A stretch of 64,000 bases of DNA from Azolla caroliniana (lineage: Eukaryota; Plantae; Polypodiophyta), in NCBI GenBank assembly GCA_043228905.1, contig JBHGNT010000003.1, forward strand, positions 20,336,001 to 20,400,000. The letters run 5' to 3'. Position 1 is the stretch's first letter. Every line of letters begins with the position of its first letter. Below are positions 1-13,386 of the stretch, piece by piece. The notes under the pieces were generated by a model. That model saw nothing but the letters and a program-made list of their open reading frames with translations. It was not told the origin of the DNA and ran no database searches. The position numbers and the translations under genes are program-made.

Positions 1-649
1 GATTGAAAGGATGGTTATTTTGGCAGTTTTATTTGTTAGAAAAGTCAAGTATATTGAATGAAGAGGAATTGTGATTGCGTAACTTGGTTGGGCACCATAT
101 TTGTCATTTCTATTAACCCCTTGATAACAATGTTGGTAGGTATGATGAACTTTGGGGGTCATAATTTATGGTTCTCTATTTGTGTGGTAGTTTATTTCCA
201 TATTTAATACTTCTTTGAAAAAGAAAAAATTGTGACATTTGGTTTAGGCTTATTGTTACATAAATAAAATATTAAAACTATTGTTTTGTACGTGTAGTAA
301 ATCATCTAGCAAACAATTTCCAAAAACGATTGTAAAGTTGGTAAATTCTATATTTGTGTGTGTATCGAGAGAGGACTTGTGCGAGGTATAGAAGCCTCAA
401 AGAGAGAGAAAGGTAGGCAAATGTTACTAGGGAAGGTGCTTAGGAGTCTTAAGTGTTATCATTCTCGTAATCTTTTGCACGCTGCATGTTCTCTAATGAT
501 AAAATAATTTGATGTGCTTTTTTATCCAAATGTGATGAATAAGAACTAATTGAAGGAACTACTTACAATGGGAAACACTACAAGAAATTTAGTATGAAGA
601 CAAACTAATGAAATTTCTTCAAACTTATTATTATTATTTTGGTTAATCT

Positions 650-1250
650 ATGTTCGTTATTCAAAAAAAATGATTATCTCAACTACTTCATTAGTAGTGA
701 TAGGGCAAGGTAAACCCTTTCAAATGTCATAATACTAAATGATATAAACTTACCTCTCCTCGGGACAAATATTCCTATACATTCTAATACATATTTACGA
801 AAATTGCCAAATCAATTTCCCTTTCGGCCTACCGAGTTGTTGTGATACCCCACGAAGTCCATCAAACGAGAACCCATTTCTCATGCTCCAGTTATACCAC
901 ATCCCCTACGCCTAAGGTAGTGAAACACCACTTGATAGCATGGGGTGGTAGAATTGTCACACCATTATTGAGATCCTGTTAAAAAGGTGACAAATAACTC
1001 CATGTTAATGATGCCAATTTTGTGATTTAGCAATCCAAATGGCTTTAGAAATTGGGGATGTAATGAACTTACGTCTATCATCTTCCTTAACCAATGTACA
1101 CAAAAAAACATTTTCCATTTGAAATATGTCTTCGTTTTAAAGCTATCACCAAAGGCAACCCATTGACTATCACAAGTCAAAGAAACACCTTTGCATGAAA
1201 TGGAGAGATGAGAATGCCATCATGGATGTAAAACTCAACAACACCCTAGC
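650..1250 (-). mobile_element. Degenerate LINE (L1-like) ORF2 3' fragment, same family as 51930-53150
   Basis: Co-linear similarity to 51930-52530 (e.g. GGCAAGGTAAACCCT, TTGCCAAATC, GAGTTGTTGTG, ACCAATGTACA). ORF-track peptides CDSQWVAFGDSFKTKTYF and CDDRWVAFGDGFKTKTYF match. Confidence 0.6.
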
Positions 1251-1292
1251 ATCTATTTCTCTCTCTGTCTCTCTGTCTCTATCTCTATATAT

Positions 1293-1294
<2 letters not shown>

Positions 1295-1334
<40 letters not shown>
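1295..1334. repeat. (CA)n microsatellite
   Basis: Uninterrupted run of about 20 CA units. Confidence 0.95.
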
Positions 1335-1336
<2 letters not shown>

Positions 1337-4300
1337 ATTATAATACATATTGCATGATAAAGTGATGATAAAGATTAAGCAAAAAAGGAGTATGATTGTA
1401 TATTGTTCTCGTTTCATAGGCAAAGTCGTTAGGGATCAAATTTAATCTTACAGGCAACATAGTTCTCTCTTTCTTTCTCTCTCTCTCTCTAAAATGTAAA
1501 CGTGAGAATTAAGCACGACACGTCAATGGATTTGAAGCACAACTCCTACTACTATATGCATAGAAAAATGGAAATTCAAACTTGGCTTGCTTGCTAGCAT
1601 TATTTTGCTAAAAGAGGAATTGTATTATTTTCAGGGACATGATTTGTAAAGTGAGTTTAAAGCCTATATGTATTTCAAAGTAAAACTATAGTTATGGCTT
1701 TTTTTTAATAAATAAAAAAATAGGACATAGCCCTTTTACACATTGGCAATTGCCTTTGGAGGAAGAGTGTGTTGCCAAATGTCAGTTATGAGATAAGCAT
1801 ATCAAAGAATATGATGATGGGGTAGATCTACATCATTGTGAACAAGATGTTGACGAGAATGACTAGATGCTTTGCATAGGTGATTAGGCTATGCAACATC
1901 GAATATACTACTCTTGGCTCTGTTTCATATGAACATATTCTTTGAGCTTGTATATGAGATTCAATTTTGTTGTCACATTTCATCTCTCTTTAGTGCAATA
2001 TGTAGTACAATCATCACCATGGTTTTGTAGTACATTATAAATGTTTTGCCTTCTTTAGCTCTAGGATCGGACAATGAATTAGGCTCCATCCAAATGGGAA
2101 TATGTGAGAGCAAGATCTTTTTCCACATGGAATGCACAATTATTTGTATCAACAATCAATCACAAAAGCATCTCTCATAAGTAAATCAAATGAAAATAAA
2201 AAGGATCACGCTAATCGCGGAGTGAAAACTAAATGGCACGAGCAAGTGGGTACAATAATAGCATGCAAAAATGTTTATGAAATCGACTTACAATACCCAT
2301 GTGTTGGAGTGACAATTACCCTAAGACATGGAAACTATGCTTGTCGCATCTCATCGAGCCCTTAGTCTCTTCATAGCAAGATGCAAGGCATGTAGAAAGC
2401 AATCAACATTTTGCTAGCCCTAATAATGTCTATGTTTGGCTTTCGGTCGCATGTGAAAAATGGAGAAATCGTGGGACATGTCAAGTCACTTTGCAAAGGT
2501 CAGACAAAAGAAACTCATCTTCTACAGATATGTAAAATGGACTTCTAGCCAAAAAAGCTCTTCTTCTACATGTAAAATGGCATTAGAAGTTAGAATGAGA
2601 TCCTCGATAAGGCACTTTTGAAAATTTACCAGAATACCCCTACGATTAACATATGGCTAGAAAGAAGAAGAAGAAGAAAAAGAGCTCAATTAGTAGTAAA
2701 AGAAAAAACGAACAAAATTAATAACTGGATGGAGATTAATGGTATTCATATTTTCATACGTGGATTTTTTATTTTAAATTTTAGAAAAAAAAGCAAGTAT
2801 GTATGTAATATTATAGTTGGCGGACGCGAGTGGAAATTAGAAAGCGATTTAATAAGGAATTCAAAATTAATAATTAATAAAAGAGTAAATAAAATAAAAA
2901 GATAAGGGGGAAAAAAAAGAAAAGAATTTTAAAAATTAGGCGACAACGACATCAAGGAACCAGAACAAGCAATAATAGTTGGAAAATGAATTAAATACGT
3001 AATTAATAAGCAAAAAACAATAATAAATAATGGGGATTTGAAAAAAAAAAACAATAAGAAAATCAAGGATAAGAAGATAAAGCAAAATAAAAACAAAAAA
3101 CAGAAATTTACCTTTTCTTTTTCTTTTCTTTTTTCCTCCTAATTTTCGATTCTGTTTTTATTAAATAACAAATAAAATAAAATAAAATATCGAAGTCCTC
3201 CGGACGTGAAAGAGATAATTTAAATCGGGAAAAGAGATGGGGTGGGGGGATGACGTCCGGATTTTCTTTATTATTTGATTTTTCTCTCCATAATTTCCTC
3301 TCTCTAGAAAAAAGAAGAAAGGAAAAAGGAAAAAAGCGATCCAAAAAAGCTTCTCTTCATTTTTAATTTTTCTCTCTCCTTTCGGGATTGATGCGTTTTC
3401 CGTGGCGCCTTCACAGAAACAAGTCCCCTCTCTCTCTCTCTCTCTCTCTTCTTCTCTCTGTGTTTCTCTCTCTTCTTCTGTCTGTCTGTCTGTTCTTTTC
3501 GCCATAGCTGCTGCTCCTTCCTTCTTTCCTTCTTCTCCATCATCAGATCGCAGAGCCAGAAACTGCAGAATTCGAACTCCTCCTTCTGGAAATCGATCAG
3601 ATTGCGGTCTCCTTCTTCTTGTTCAAGAAACTAGCAATACACCATGTAAGTTCCCCAATCCTCTCTCTCTCTCTCTCTCTATACTCTCTCTTCATTACAT
3701 TGACCTTCTCCATTCCCCTTTATCTCTCTCTCTCTCTCTCTCTGTGATTTCCTGGCCATCCTTCCTCCTATCCATTCCACCCCCTCCCATCCATCCATTG
3801 ATTGCCCTTCAATTCGTTCTTCTCTCTTTTCCCATTCCATTCCTGTTCGCCGCTGACATCGCCCCATCAATGGCATAGCTTTCTTGGATTTGAATCTCCT
3901 CCCCTTTAACTATGCTTTCTTTGTTCGCATCAATATATCTTCTGTTTATTTTGTCCGCTATACCGCCCGTTAATGCTTGATTAAAGATTTCTTGGATTCT
4001 ACCTCCCCTTCCTTGCATCAAGGTTCTTCAATTTCATCTGTTTTGTCTGTTCGATCGCCATCTCATGCTTAATTTCTCGGAAAGTGACATTCTGATCCCA
4101 ATATATATATTTTCTATCATTCTTTGTCTCTGTGATTGCTCAATCACGCTTAATAGCTATGATTGAATTCTTTATCTACTCACACCGTTTTCTTGAATTG
4201 CCGATCAATTTCCTTCCGTTTTTTGATCACCCATTAATGCGTATTTGCTTTTATTGAATTTACTTTGATATCCTTTTACTATTGTGTTTTAAGCTTCTCG

Positions 4301-4379
4301 CTCCGATGATTTTAATCATATCTCTTTAGTTAAAGTTTCTTGTTTCAACGATCAAAAAGGTAAAGTGCCTTTCTTAGTT

Positions 4380-5940
4380 CATCACATTGCCAGATTAGGC
4401 TTTTCTTAATCATTTACATCTCTTGACTAGGGGTTTCCAATCCATCGGATTGTCTGATTAGGATTCTTTTTAGTTCTTTACATTTGACTTGTGAGGACTT
4501 TCTTCATCCTTTGTATTCTTTTTGATCGTTTATGTTGAACCATTTAGGGTTCTCCGAATCCTCTACATTGCCTGGTTTGGGTTGCTAATACTGTAGATTG
4601 CCTCATTACGGTTCTTTTCAATTGTAGCTTCAACTAAATGCCTTTCTTCATAATTTAGATTGCCTGGTTAGGGTTTGTCAATCTTTTACATGGCTAAAAA
4701 GAGTGTTGTTTTAATCCTCTACATAGGCTGATTTTGGGGTTCTTTTCAATTGAATCTCGAGGTGCCTTTCTTTATTGTTTACATGGCCTGATTTTGGTTA
4801 TTTTCAAGTGTAACCTAACTTTCCTGCTTTGGGATTCCTTTTTGTAATCTAACTTACCTGTTTTTTTTTTTAATAGTTACCTAAGCTATCAACATTTTCC
4901 CTTAAATATGATTACAAGGAAACCATAGGGATAGAGATAAAAATAGCGAAGGAAATTGACATCAGCAATGTGTCATATTATTATGCGCAAAAGCATTAGG
5001 AATCCTCAAAAAACTCAAATGTCATTACGAGCCGATGTAAGATCTTTAAATATTTCTTAACAACAATTAATCCCAACAGGACGTGACTTAAAACCTAGGA
5101 TTCCTTCAACAAATGCAAAAATTGTTCCTTTATGTTGTTTCAATGGCCTGTTGAGGTTCTTTTTAATCCTTTGCATTCTCCAATTAGGATTTCTTAACTC
5201 TCTTCGTTGCTGACAGGGGTTTCTTTCCAAATTGTAACCCAACTTGCCTGTTTTGGGTAATTTATAACCTAATCTATCTGCTTTGGGTTATTTCAAATCG
5301 TAACCTAAATTTCGTGATTTTGGTTCTTTCGAAATGGTAATTTAACTTATCTGATTTGGGTTATCGTGGCATAACTTGCCCGATTTGGGTTCTTTTTAAT
5401 CTTAACCTAACTGACCTGTTTTGGGTCATTTTCAATTCTAACTCGACTTGTCCGAGTGTCATTGTTTTCATTCCCAACTTAAATTCCTGAATTAGGTTTG
5501 TTTAATCACTTTTGTGGCCTGATTTAGGTTCTTTCTAATTGTAACTTAAAGTGCCTGATTTGGGCCCTTATCAATTTTATCTTAAATTGCATGGTTTGGT
5601 TTCTTCTTCTAGTGTAGCTTGAAGTGCCTGATTTTAGTTCTTTCTAATAGTAATTTAGATTGCCTGATTTTGGTTAGTTTCCATTGTAACTTATATTGCT
5701 TGACTGGATTCTTTCTAATTGTTGCTTTAATTGGTCGTAACTTAATTTTCCTGATTTGTTTTCTTTTCAACCGTAATTTAAAGTGTGTGATTTGGGCTAT
5801 TTTCCAATTGTAACTTAAATCTCCTGATTTGGGTTCTTTCCAATTGTAATTTAAATGTAAGTGCCTTTCTTTACATTGGCAGTTTTTTTTCTATTTCAAT
5901 TCTAACTTAAATCTAAGTGCCTTTCTCAATCCTTTATTTT
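4380..5940 (+). repeat. Degenerate ~36-bp minisatellite in the leader intron
   Basis: Many diverged copies of AACTTAAAT(T/C)GCCTGATTTGGGTTCTTTCCAATTGT, clearest at 5240-5860 and interrupted at about 4870-5120. Confidence 0.8.
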
Positions 5941-6720
5941 TGGCCTGAAAAGGATTATTTTCAATCGAAACCCCTTGCTACAATCTTCTTGCCAGTTCAA
6001 TGAAGCATTCATAGATTTCTATGTTTTTTGGTTGTGATTAACGGCAGAAATGTAAAGTATTTGGTTGATTTATTACTTCCTCAGGGGGTGAAAGACAGAA
6101 GATGTATATATGGAGAAAAATTATGTTTGGCAGAAGAAAGCACACAAACTCTATGATAGGGGGGTCGTCCTATATTTCTTCTGATATTGGCTATTTTCTT
6201 CTCAGGTTGGTTTTTCTCTTTCCTATGCAAGAAGTCCTAAAAATTCAGAGTATGTAATACATTCCCCATTAGCATATTGCCTTTTTATTTTTGTCTTTTT
6301 GATACCGATTTTATGTTAAATTTTAATGTTTTCAGATATCATTACGTTTATTTTTCACCACAAGAATAAACGCATAAAAATAAAAAACACTTGAATGATC
6401 ATCATAGATTATGCACAATGATCGATTATGTCCACATTTTGCTGTTTTTGTGGTGTAGATTTGCATTAACTTGTAAGTTGAAGAGGCCATATTTTTAGCT
6501 CTAATAAAGAAGACCTGAAATAGTTTATCAGTTTCTTTATTGCCAGGTGATAGAATTTCTAAGTTCGTATGATACGGTGATTTTGAATCTTATCTTCTGA
6601 TTGTACTTCTGGCAATGTGTTATCTGATCCGCAGCAGAGTATTGATGAGTACTTGATTTAGAGATCATGGATGAGGATTCTATCTCGCTGATTCAAATCT
6701 GAACATCCCCAAATGCCAAT

Positions 6721-6726
<6 letters not shown>

Positions 6727-6770
<44 letters not shown>
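6727..6770. repeat. (CT)n microsatellite
   Basis: Perfect CT run. Confidence 0.95.
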
Positions 6771-6774
<4 letters not shown>

Positions 6775-7297
6775 CCCCCTCTTAAATTTCATCCAGTAAG
6801 GTTCTCCTAGTTATAGCACACGAGTAATGGTCTTTTATTATGGATTATGAATGTTGAAAGAATTCCATTGGTACATTGTATAGCCACCAGAATGGGTTTG
6901 TGTGTTTCCAGGTTCTTCATTTTTGGAAAATTTGAGAATTATCAAAAGTTTCATTTTAATGTGCACACATCAATTTAATATATTTGCATAGATCATGGAT
7001 TATGAATTGTGTTGAAAGAATTTTGTTAATGCTTCACAGAAATGGGTCGTGCCTAGAGTTTGTTGAGAAATTAAGAACTGTCAAAAGAACCATTCATTCT
7101 GACTATTTCTTTCTTTGGTTGTCTATGCTGGACCTTGAGCTTTATGCATAATATTGGGTGCCATTAACTAGGATAACTCCAACAAGCATGTTCAGTTTTG
7201 TTGTGTCTTGCTTCTTTGTGGAGTAGATATTCATTATTGTTACTTATGCTGTTTATGATTGCAGAAACTCGGATCTTCTTTACCCCTAGTGTCTACA

Positions 7298-10200
7298 ATG
7301 TCAAATCCAGATCCCACTGTAGTAAAACCAGGTTTCCAAAATGGAAGCTCCAGTAGTGCAGCAACGTGGTTTGTTGGCCCAGAGAAGAAGTCAAGTCTCT
7401 CTTCCCTTGATTGGAGAAAACCAGGGGATACGATTCAAATGAATGGTGCTATTACAACCTTGCACGCAGGACAGCATGATTCATCTGCTGATGTGTTGAA
7501 TTCTCTTCGCGAAAGACCTTGTGAATTGAATGGGTTTTCAAGCTCATTACCAGCACTTCTTCATGAAAAATGTGAGATTTAAATCTATAAAGGTACTTAT
7601 TTGAGAATCTCATTTGTGTCTGTTGAATATTAACTATACGATGTCCAATCCGATGCAGTAAATCTTGCATCAAGGACTCACCAGTCAGATGATATACGAG
7701 TCAATCATGAGGCTGCAGAGGAGCCTCTTGATCAAAACATGGTGACAAGGGCCATTGGAGATATTTTGCCCAATGATGATGAGCTTCTGGCCGGGATTAC
7801 AGCTGATTTCATGAATAATATGATAGAAGAGAATGAAGATGACTTATTCAGTAGTGGTGGTGGTCTCGAGATGGATGGTGAAACTCAAGAAGGATTTGGT
7901 ATGTATATGTCTAGATTGGATGGATTTTATGGCGTAATGAACATTCATGGACCACCATCTAGTGGACCTGGTTCTGTAATCGGGGAACATCCTTATGGAG
8001 AACATCCATCAAGGACCCTTTTTGTCCGCAATATCAACAGTAATGTAGAGGATTCCGAGCTGCAAATCTTGTTCGAGGTATTGACCTTTCAACCTTTAAC
8101 ATTCTATATTATAGACAGTCCATTCACTGTTGAGTGTGAGAAATACAATGCTGATGAATTTGGTGACATAGCAATATGGCGACATTCGTACTCTTTATAC
8201 GGCGTGTAAGCATCGTGGGTTTGTCATGATCTCTTACTATGACATCCGTGCTGCTCGTAGTGCCATGCGTGCACTGCAAAATAAACCATTGCGGCGTAGG
8301 AAACTTGATATTCATTTTTCTATCCCTAAGGTAAGAAGTGTTGAGTTTCCCTATACTGTGAGGTGAGCATTGGAGAAAGGGTAACCTTAGCAGGTTCTTG
8401 TCTGTGACAGGATAACCCATCCGATAAGGATGTCAATCAGGGGACCCTTGTGGTGTTTAATCTAGATGCATCTGTGTCGAATGATGACCTTCGCCAAATA
8501 TTTGGTCAGTATGGAGAAGTAAAAGAGGTATGCTTATTTTTAGTTTTTCCTTTTGCATCTCCAATATAAGAGGGCAGTTTAAAGCTTACTTTGAGGTCTT
8601 GGAATCTACAGATCCGTGAAACTCCTCATAAGCGCCACCACAAGTTTATTGAATTTTATGATGTCAGAGCGGCAGAAGCAGCTTTAAGAGCATTGAACAA
8701 AAGTGATATTGCAGGGAAGAGAATAAAGTTAGAGCCAAGTCGTCCTGGTGGTGCAAGGAGAAGGTAGTTTCAGTTGAATTGAGTGAAGCATAGCATTGAT
8801 ATGTGTGATTTTGAAGGTCCTTCTATCTTACGGAACATTAAAAATCAATCAGTACAGTTGGATTTCAATCCTTACATGAACTTGTGATGAAAAACATCCT
8901 ATCTAGCATCTTCATGTGCTGATTGTATAGACCCAGGATAATACCTATTTAGTGACATGCATTATTGAAATTCTTTTCCTCAGTTTGATGCAGCAACTTG
9001 GTCAGGACCCTGATCAAGAAGATATGAGGTTGTATCGACAGCAATCAAGTCCACCAGTTCCAAACTCTCCTCCAGGTCCATATAAAAAATATGATTACTC
9101 TGTGTAGGTTGAATTTATTCTCTCAGTTGAATTTAGTTTTTGAGAGTAATGGGCTGATATGTATACAGGCCATTTTTCTTCTTGGGGACATTTCGGAAGT
9201 CCTCTAGAGAGTGGCCCTGTCCGGTTTCCCCATCCTACACTTGGTTCGTCTGCACCCAATATAAACAAAAATTTGCCAAATCCTCGCGTTGGAACTATTG
9301 GGAGTCACTTGGGGCGCAATAGTCAGATTGATTCTGGCCTTGTTTCTCTTCAGTCAGATCTCAGGGTAAAAGGGGTACTGCCCCATCATCCTCACTCTTT
9401 GCCGGAATATAATAACGACATAACACCCTTTCACAATCCATCTTCATCTATTATGACTACTACAACAACAACTACTGCTACTACTAGCGTAAGAGGGGCA
9501 CCTAGTGGACCTTCTGAGAATGAAAGCTCAACAAGGCTTCCGAGGACAAGCAGCAATCTTTCTTTATTTGAACATGCTCCTGGAGGTAATATTAGCGTTT
9601 CTTTATTGAAAATGAAGATACGTTATTGGTAGCCCATAGATTAGAAGAAGGCTATTAATGGGCTGGTTTTTTCCATTTATTCGAGGATAGGCCCGGGAAT
9701 GTCAAGCAGCCAAGGAGTGATTTCTGGATCTATTGGAAGTGCTTCGTTGTCGGGACCACAATTTCTTTGGGGTAATTCTAGCTCTTTCCAGAACTCTTCA
9801 CCAATGGTTTGGTCAAACTCTTCATCACTGGCAACCAATTTCAGTGGACAATCTCAACTTGGTGAATATTCAAGGATTAATCATCCAAATTATGTCAATA
9901 ATTCTGGCTTGCATTCACAAAGGCATCATGTTGGATCGGCTCCCCCAGGAGATCCTTCATATCTTGAAAGGCAATTTTCTTATGTCCGTGAATCCCATGA
10001 TGCCTCTTATTATGTTCCTGGTTCTGTAAGCTCTATGAATGTTCCAGGAATGATGAGCTTAGGGGGGTCTCACAATACAAATGGATTTTTTGAGGGTGGC
10101 AATTCTCCAAATATGGGAGCAATGTCACCTCATCATCGAAGTCCTATGTTTCCACCAACTGGTATGGTATTAAGCAGTCATTTTGATATGATTGGGGGTG

Positions 10201-11241
10201 ATCGTGGACGCATTCGAAGGATTGAAAATGGCGTATCGCAAACTGACAATAAAAAACAATATCAGCTCGATATCGATCGCATTTTACGGGGTGACGACAA
10301 TCGGACAACTCTTATGATAAAGAATATACCGAACAAGTAACTTGACCCATTTTATTGTATGTCTTGAGTGCATGTCTATAGAAGTAACTTGACAGATCTT
10401 TCTGACTGTCGAGACCAGGTACACTTCAAAGATGCTTTTATCTACCATTGACGAGAATCACAAAGGAATGTATGATTTTTTGTACCTACCTATTGATTTC
10501 AAGGTAAAACGTTATCCGGACACAACGATTATTTTGTAACATTTGTCTGTGCCAGCTAACACAAAGTTTTCTTTTATTCTTCAGAACAAGTGCAATGTGG
10601 GGTATGCCTTTATAAACATGACTTCACCTGAACACATTATTCCAATTTATCAGGTACAATAAATAGAAACAAATACTTGCCAAAGGAAAGTATCTATTAC
10701 TGGGATTTATCTTTCCTTTATAGATTTTCAGCTGACAGATTTCTTAAAATTTCCGAAGATTTTCATTATGAGATGATACCAATAATACAGCTTTACTTAT
10801 TTATCTTTATTTTTGTTGTTAATCTATCTGACTAATTTCTTTCTCATTTGTTGAATAAATAGTCTTTCAATGGGAAAAAATGGGAGAAGTTCAATAGTGA
10901 GAAGGTGGTGTCCTTAGCTTATGCACGCATACAAGGGAAAGCTGCATTGGTAGCACATTTTCAGAATTCAAGCCTGATGAATGAGGATAAACGATGCCGA
11001 CCCATTCTTCTGAATTCAGATGGTCCAGAAACCAATGAGCAGGTAATTGTATGTATATATGCACTTCTTTGTATTTTGATCTCCCTTCCCAGGCATTGAA
11101 ATATAAATTGCTTGATAGGAGGCAATGTATGAGGGAATCTGCATGCTGCCTTCGGTGGCTAGCAATCAATCTGAGGTCATGTCTAAGACTGATAGTCAAG
11201 ATGGTGGTTCTAGCTCTACAACGAGTTCAAATTCTCCTTAG
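7298..11241 (+). CDS. MEI2-like (AML family) RNA-binding protein, three RRMs
   Basis: GT-AG exons 7265-7571, 7659-8077, 8172-8330, 8411-8527, 8612-8763, 8984-9075, 9169-9585, 9691-10336, 10419-10503, 10585-10653, 10863-11042, 11119-11241 join in frame. Signature motifs [96 protein letters not shown]. Start codon and last acceptor uncertain. Confidence 0.95.
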
Positions 11242-13117
11242 AGAAACTGGCTTTGGGTTTCTGGATCAGTAAATGTGCAAAAATGGCCTTTCTTTGTGTG
11301 AGACTTGGTATAATAAAAAAGAGAAGAAAATGACATCAATATGATACACAAAAAAGCCAGCCTTTTATTATGACAAGCATTTTGAGGTAACTATTCATCG
11401 AGAAAGATGAATGATTGAATGGTATATACAATCTACCCTTGTGTGTGTGGAGTGATATACTCGAGAAAGACGAAGAAAGTCGGCCTGTTTTTGACAAACC
11501 TTTTGATACTTTTAACACATTTTTTGATCGGCGTTGGAAGAGTTGGTCCAGTGGTTCAGGCTCTTGCCTTGTATGCCAACGGTTGGGAGCCTCATCAAAT
11601 CCTACCCACGGTGATCGGGTTAAAGAAGAAGATAAATTGTGACCAAATATATATGGAAGGGATGCTGGTTTATGAGTGGAACAAACCAGCTTTTGTATGT
11701 AAAGAGGCTATCCATAGAGAGTTAAGCGTGGGAACTGATTTATTCATTTTATTGGTGTACAGTTGTGAGAAACTCTCTGTGACAGTTTTTGATGGTAACA
11801 TTTTAAAGGAAAGCGTTATGTTGTATCATGTTTTTTGTCCGCTGGGAATTTGTTGTTTTTTTTATCAACTTATATTGTAATATTGTGAGCTCCTTTTAAT
11901 TGCATTTTTTTTTTGTCTTTCAATTGTTCAATTAGAATCTTCAGCTAATTCTCATGTGATGATTACTTCCTTATGTATCAAGAAAATGATTGGAATGCAC
12001 TTCTTTGATGACTGAATCGTACTATTGCTTTGCAAAGAGCTGACAATTGCTTTATCTCTATTATTCACTACTATTTTGCTGCCAAATGTGGACTTTTCTC
12101 AAAGTAATGATGGCAACCACCATATTTGAGGGTCCAGTTATTGTTATTATTTATAAATTGCAAGGTACAAGCTTGACCATCAAATCCTTTCCTTTGGATG
12201 AAATTACTTCATTATGCATATACTCAATCAATGGAAGCATAATATTCCTGCCCTTAATTCCATGCAGTTTTCTTTGTTCAACAACCATCATAGTGTTTGT
12301 GTATTGAAATCTAAGTATATTTCACTATAGATATTATCACCAAAAATCTAGTAGTAACCATGGTTTCATCTTGATTTCATGACATGTGCCATAAGAGACT
12401 ATTGCTTTCCTTGAAGACGGAACCTTGAGTGACACTATCTATACATTGCCTTTATAGATTATGCATGAATGAGACTTCAAAAATCCTTGATAGGAGATGA
12501 ATGATTGCATGTGGATTCACAAATGTACCTTTATTTGAACTTTTTTCATGTTGTTGACCATTGTTTTTCTTGAAAACAAAATTTCGACGATAAAACACAT
12601 TGCCCTTGTACATCATGTATGAAACTTAAAAAATCCTTGCCTAGTATTCAAATATCACAAAAAGATTCACAAACATAACTTTATGTAAAATTTCTTCACA
12701 TTGTCAATTCGAGAACATGCAACCATAGTTTCCTCTTGAAAATATTGCTTAACATATAATTTTCCATACTTCTAAAGTTCACATTAAATTTTTTTTTTTT
12801 TGAGATCAAGCACATCATAAAGGTATGGCTTTACAAATCATTTTCCACATTGCGAGGGCCTTAGAAGGGAATACTTAAAAAAACAAAAAGAAACATGTGG
12901 GAAACAACTCTCGAATGTCTTTATAATTTTCACATATTGGCGTTGCAATTTGAGGCTGATATCTCCGCGATACTTAAAAGGTAGGCCAAGGGCATATTAA
13001 TCTATCTATGATCGTTTCTATGTGAAATGCTACCCCTACATGGTGCATCGTTCAGGAGATAGGACACAAACGTCTGTTTGCAAAACGCTACCTACTTGGA
13101 GTGATGCTGCAGGGTTG

Positions 13118-13357
13118 TAGGAGAACGCTCGGCTCAAACCTGAACTGACCCGTTAAACCGTTTTGAAATAGTTTGGGATCATCAAGCAGAACCGAACCGT
13201 TTTGGCGGTAAACCGGTCACCAAACCGGTTAAGGCTTAATCGGTTTGTCCAAACTGATTTCGGAGCCAGTTCGGTTCAAGTTCGAAAACTTGCAAACCGG
13301 TTTGGTTTGGACAAGAACAAACCGGTTAAGCCGAAACCGAACCTATACCGATTCCTA
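13118..13357. mobile_element. AACCG/CGGTT-rich MITE-like element
   Basis: Dense AACCG and CGGTT motifs in both orientations, bounded by TAGGA...TCCTA. No target-site duplication recognised. Confidence 0.55.
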
Positions 13358-13386
13358 ACTCTGTGTGTGTGTGTGTTTCTCTGTAA

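Larger units (their letters stand above)
3400..7297 (+). promoter_or_regulatory. Long spliced 5' leader of the MEI2-like gene
   Basis: CT-rich leader from ~3420, donor GTAAGT at 3646, candidate internal exon 6085-6205 (TCAG|...CAG|GTTGG), acceptor TGCAG ending at 7264. Confidence 0.55.

Noticed and set aside
1700-2600. Possible MULE remnant (minus-strand CAFHVEK resembling CxxH)
   Set aside because: A single short motif; no second motif or termini could be supported.
2618-4021. Overlapping 65-158 aa ORFs on both strands
   Set aside because: They arise from A-rich and (CT)n low-complexity promoter/leader sequence and show no protein motifs.
11415-11880. 153-aa and 75-aa ORFs after the MEI2-like stop
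   Set aside because: They lie in the probable 3' UTR, with no recognisable domain or splice link.
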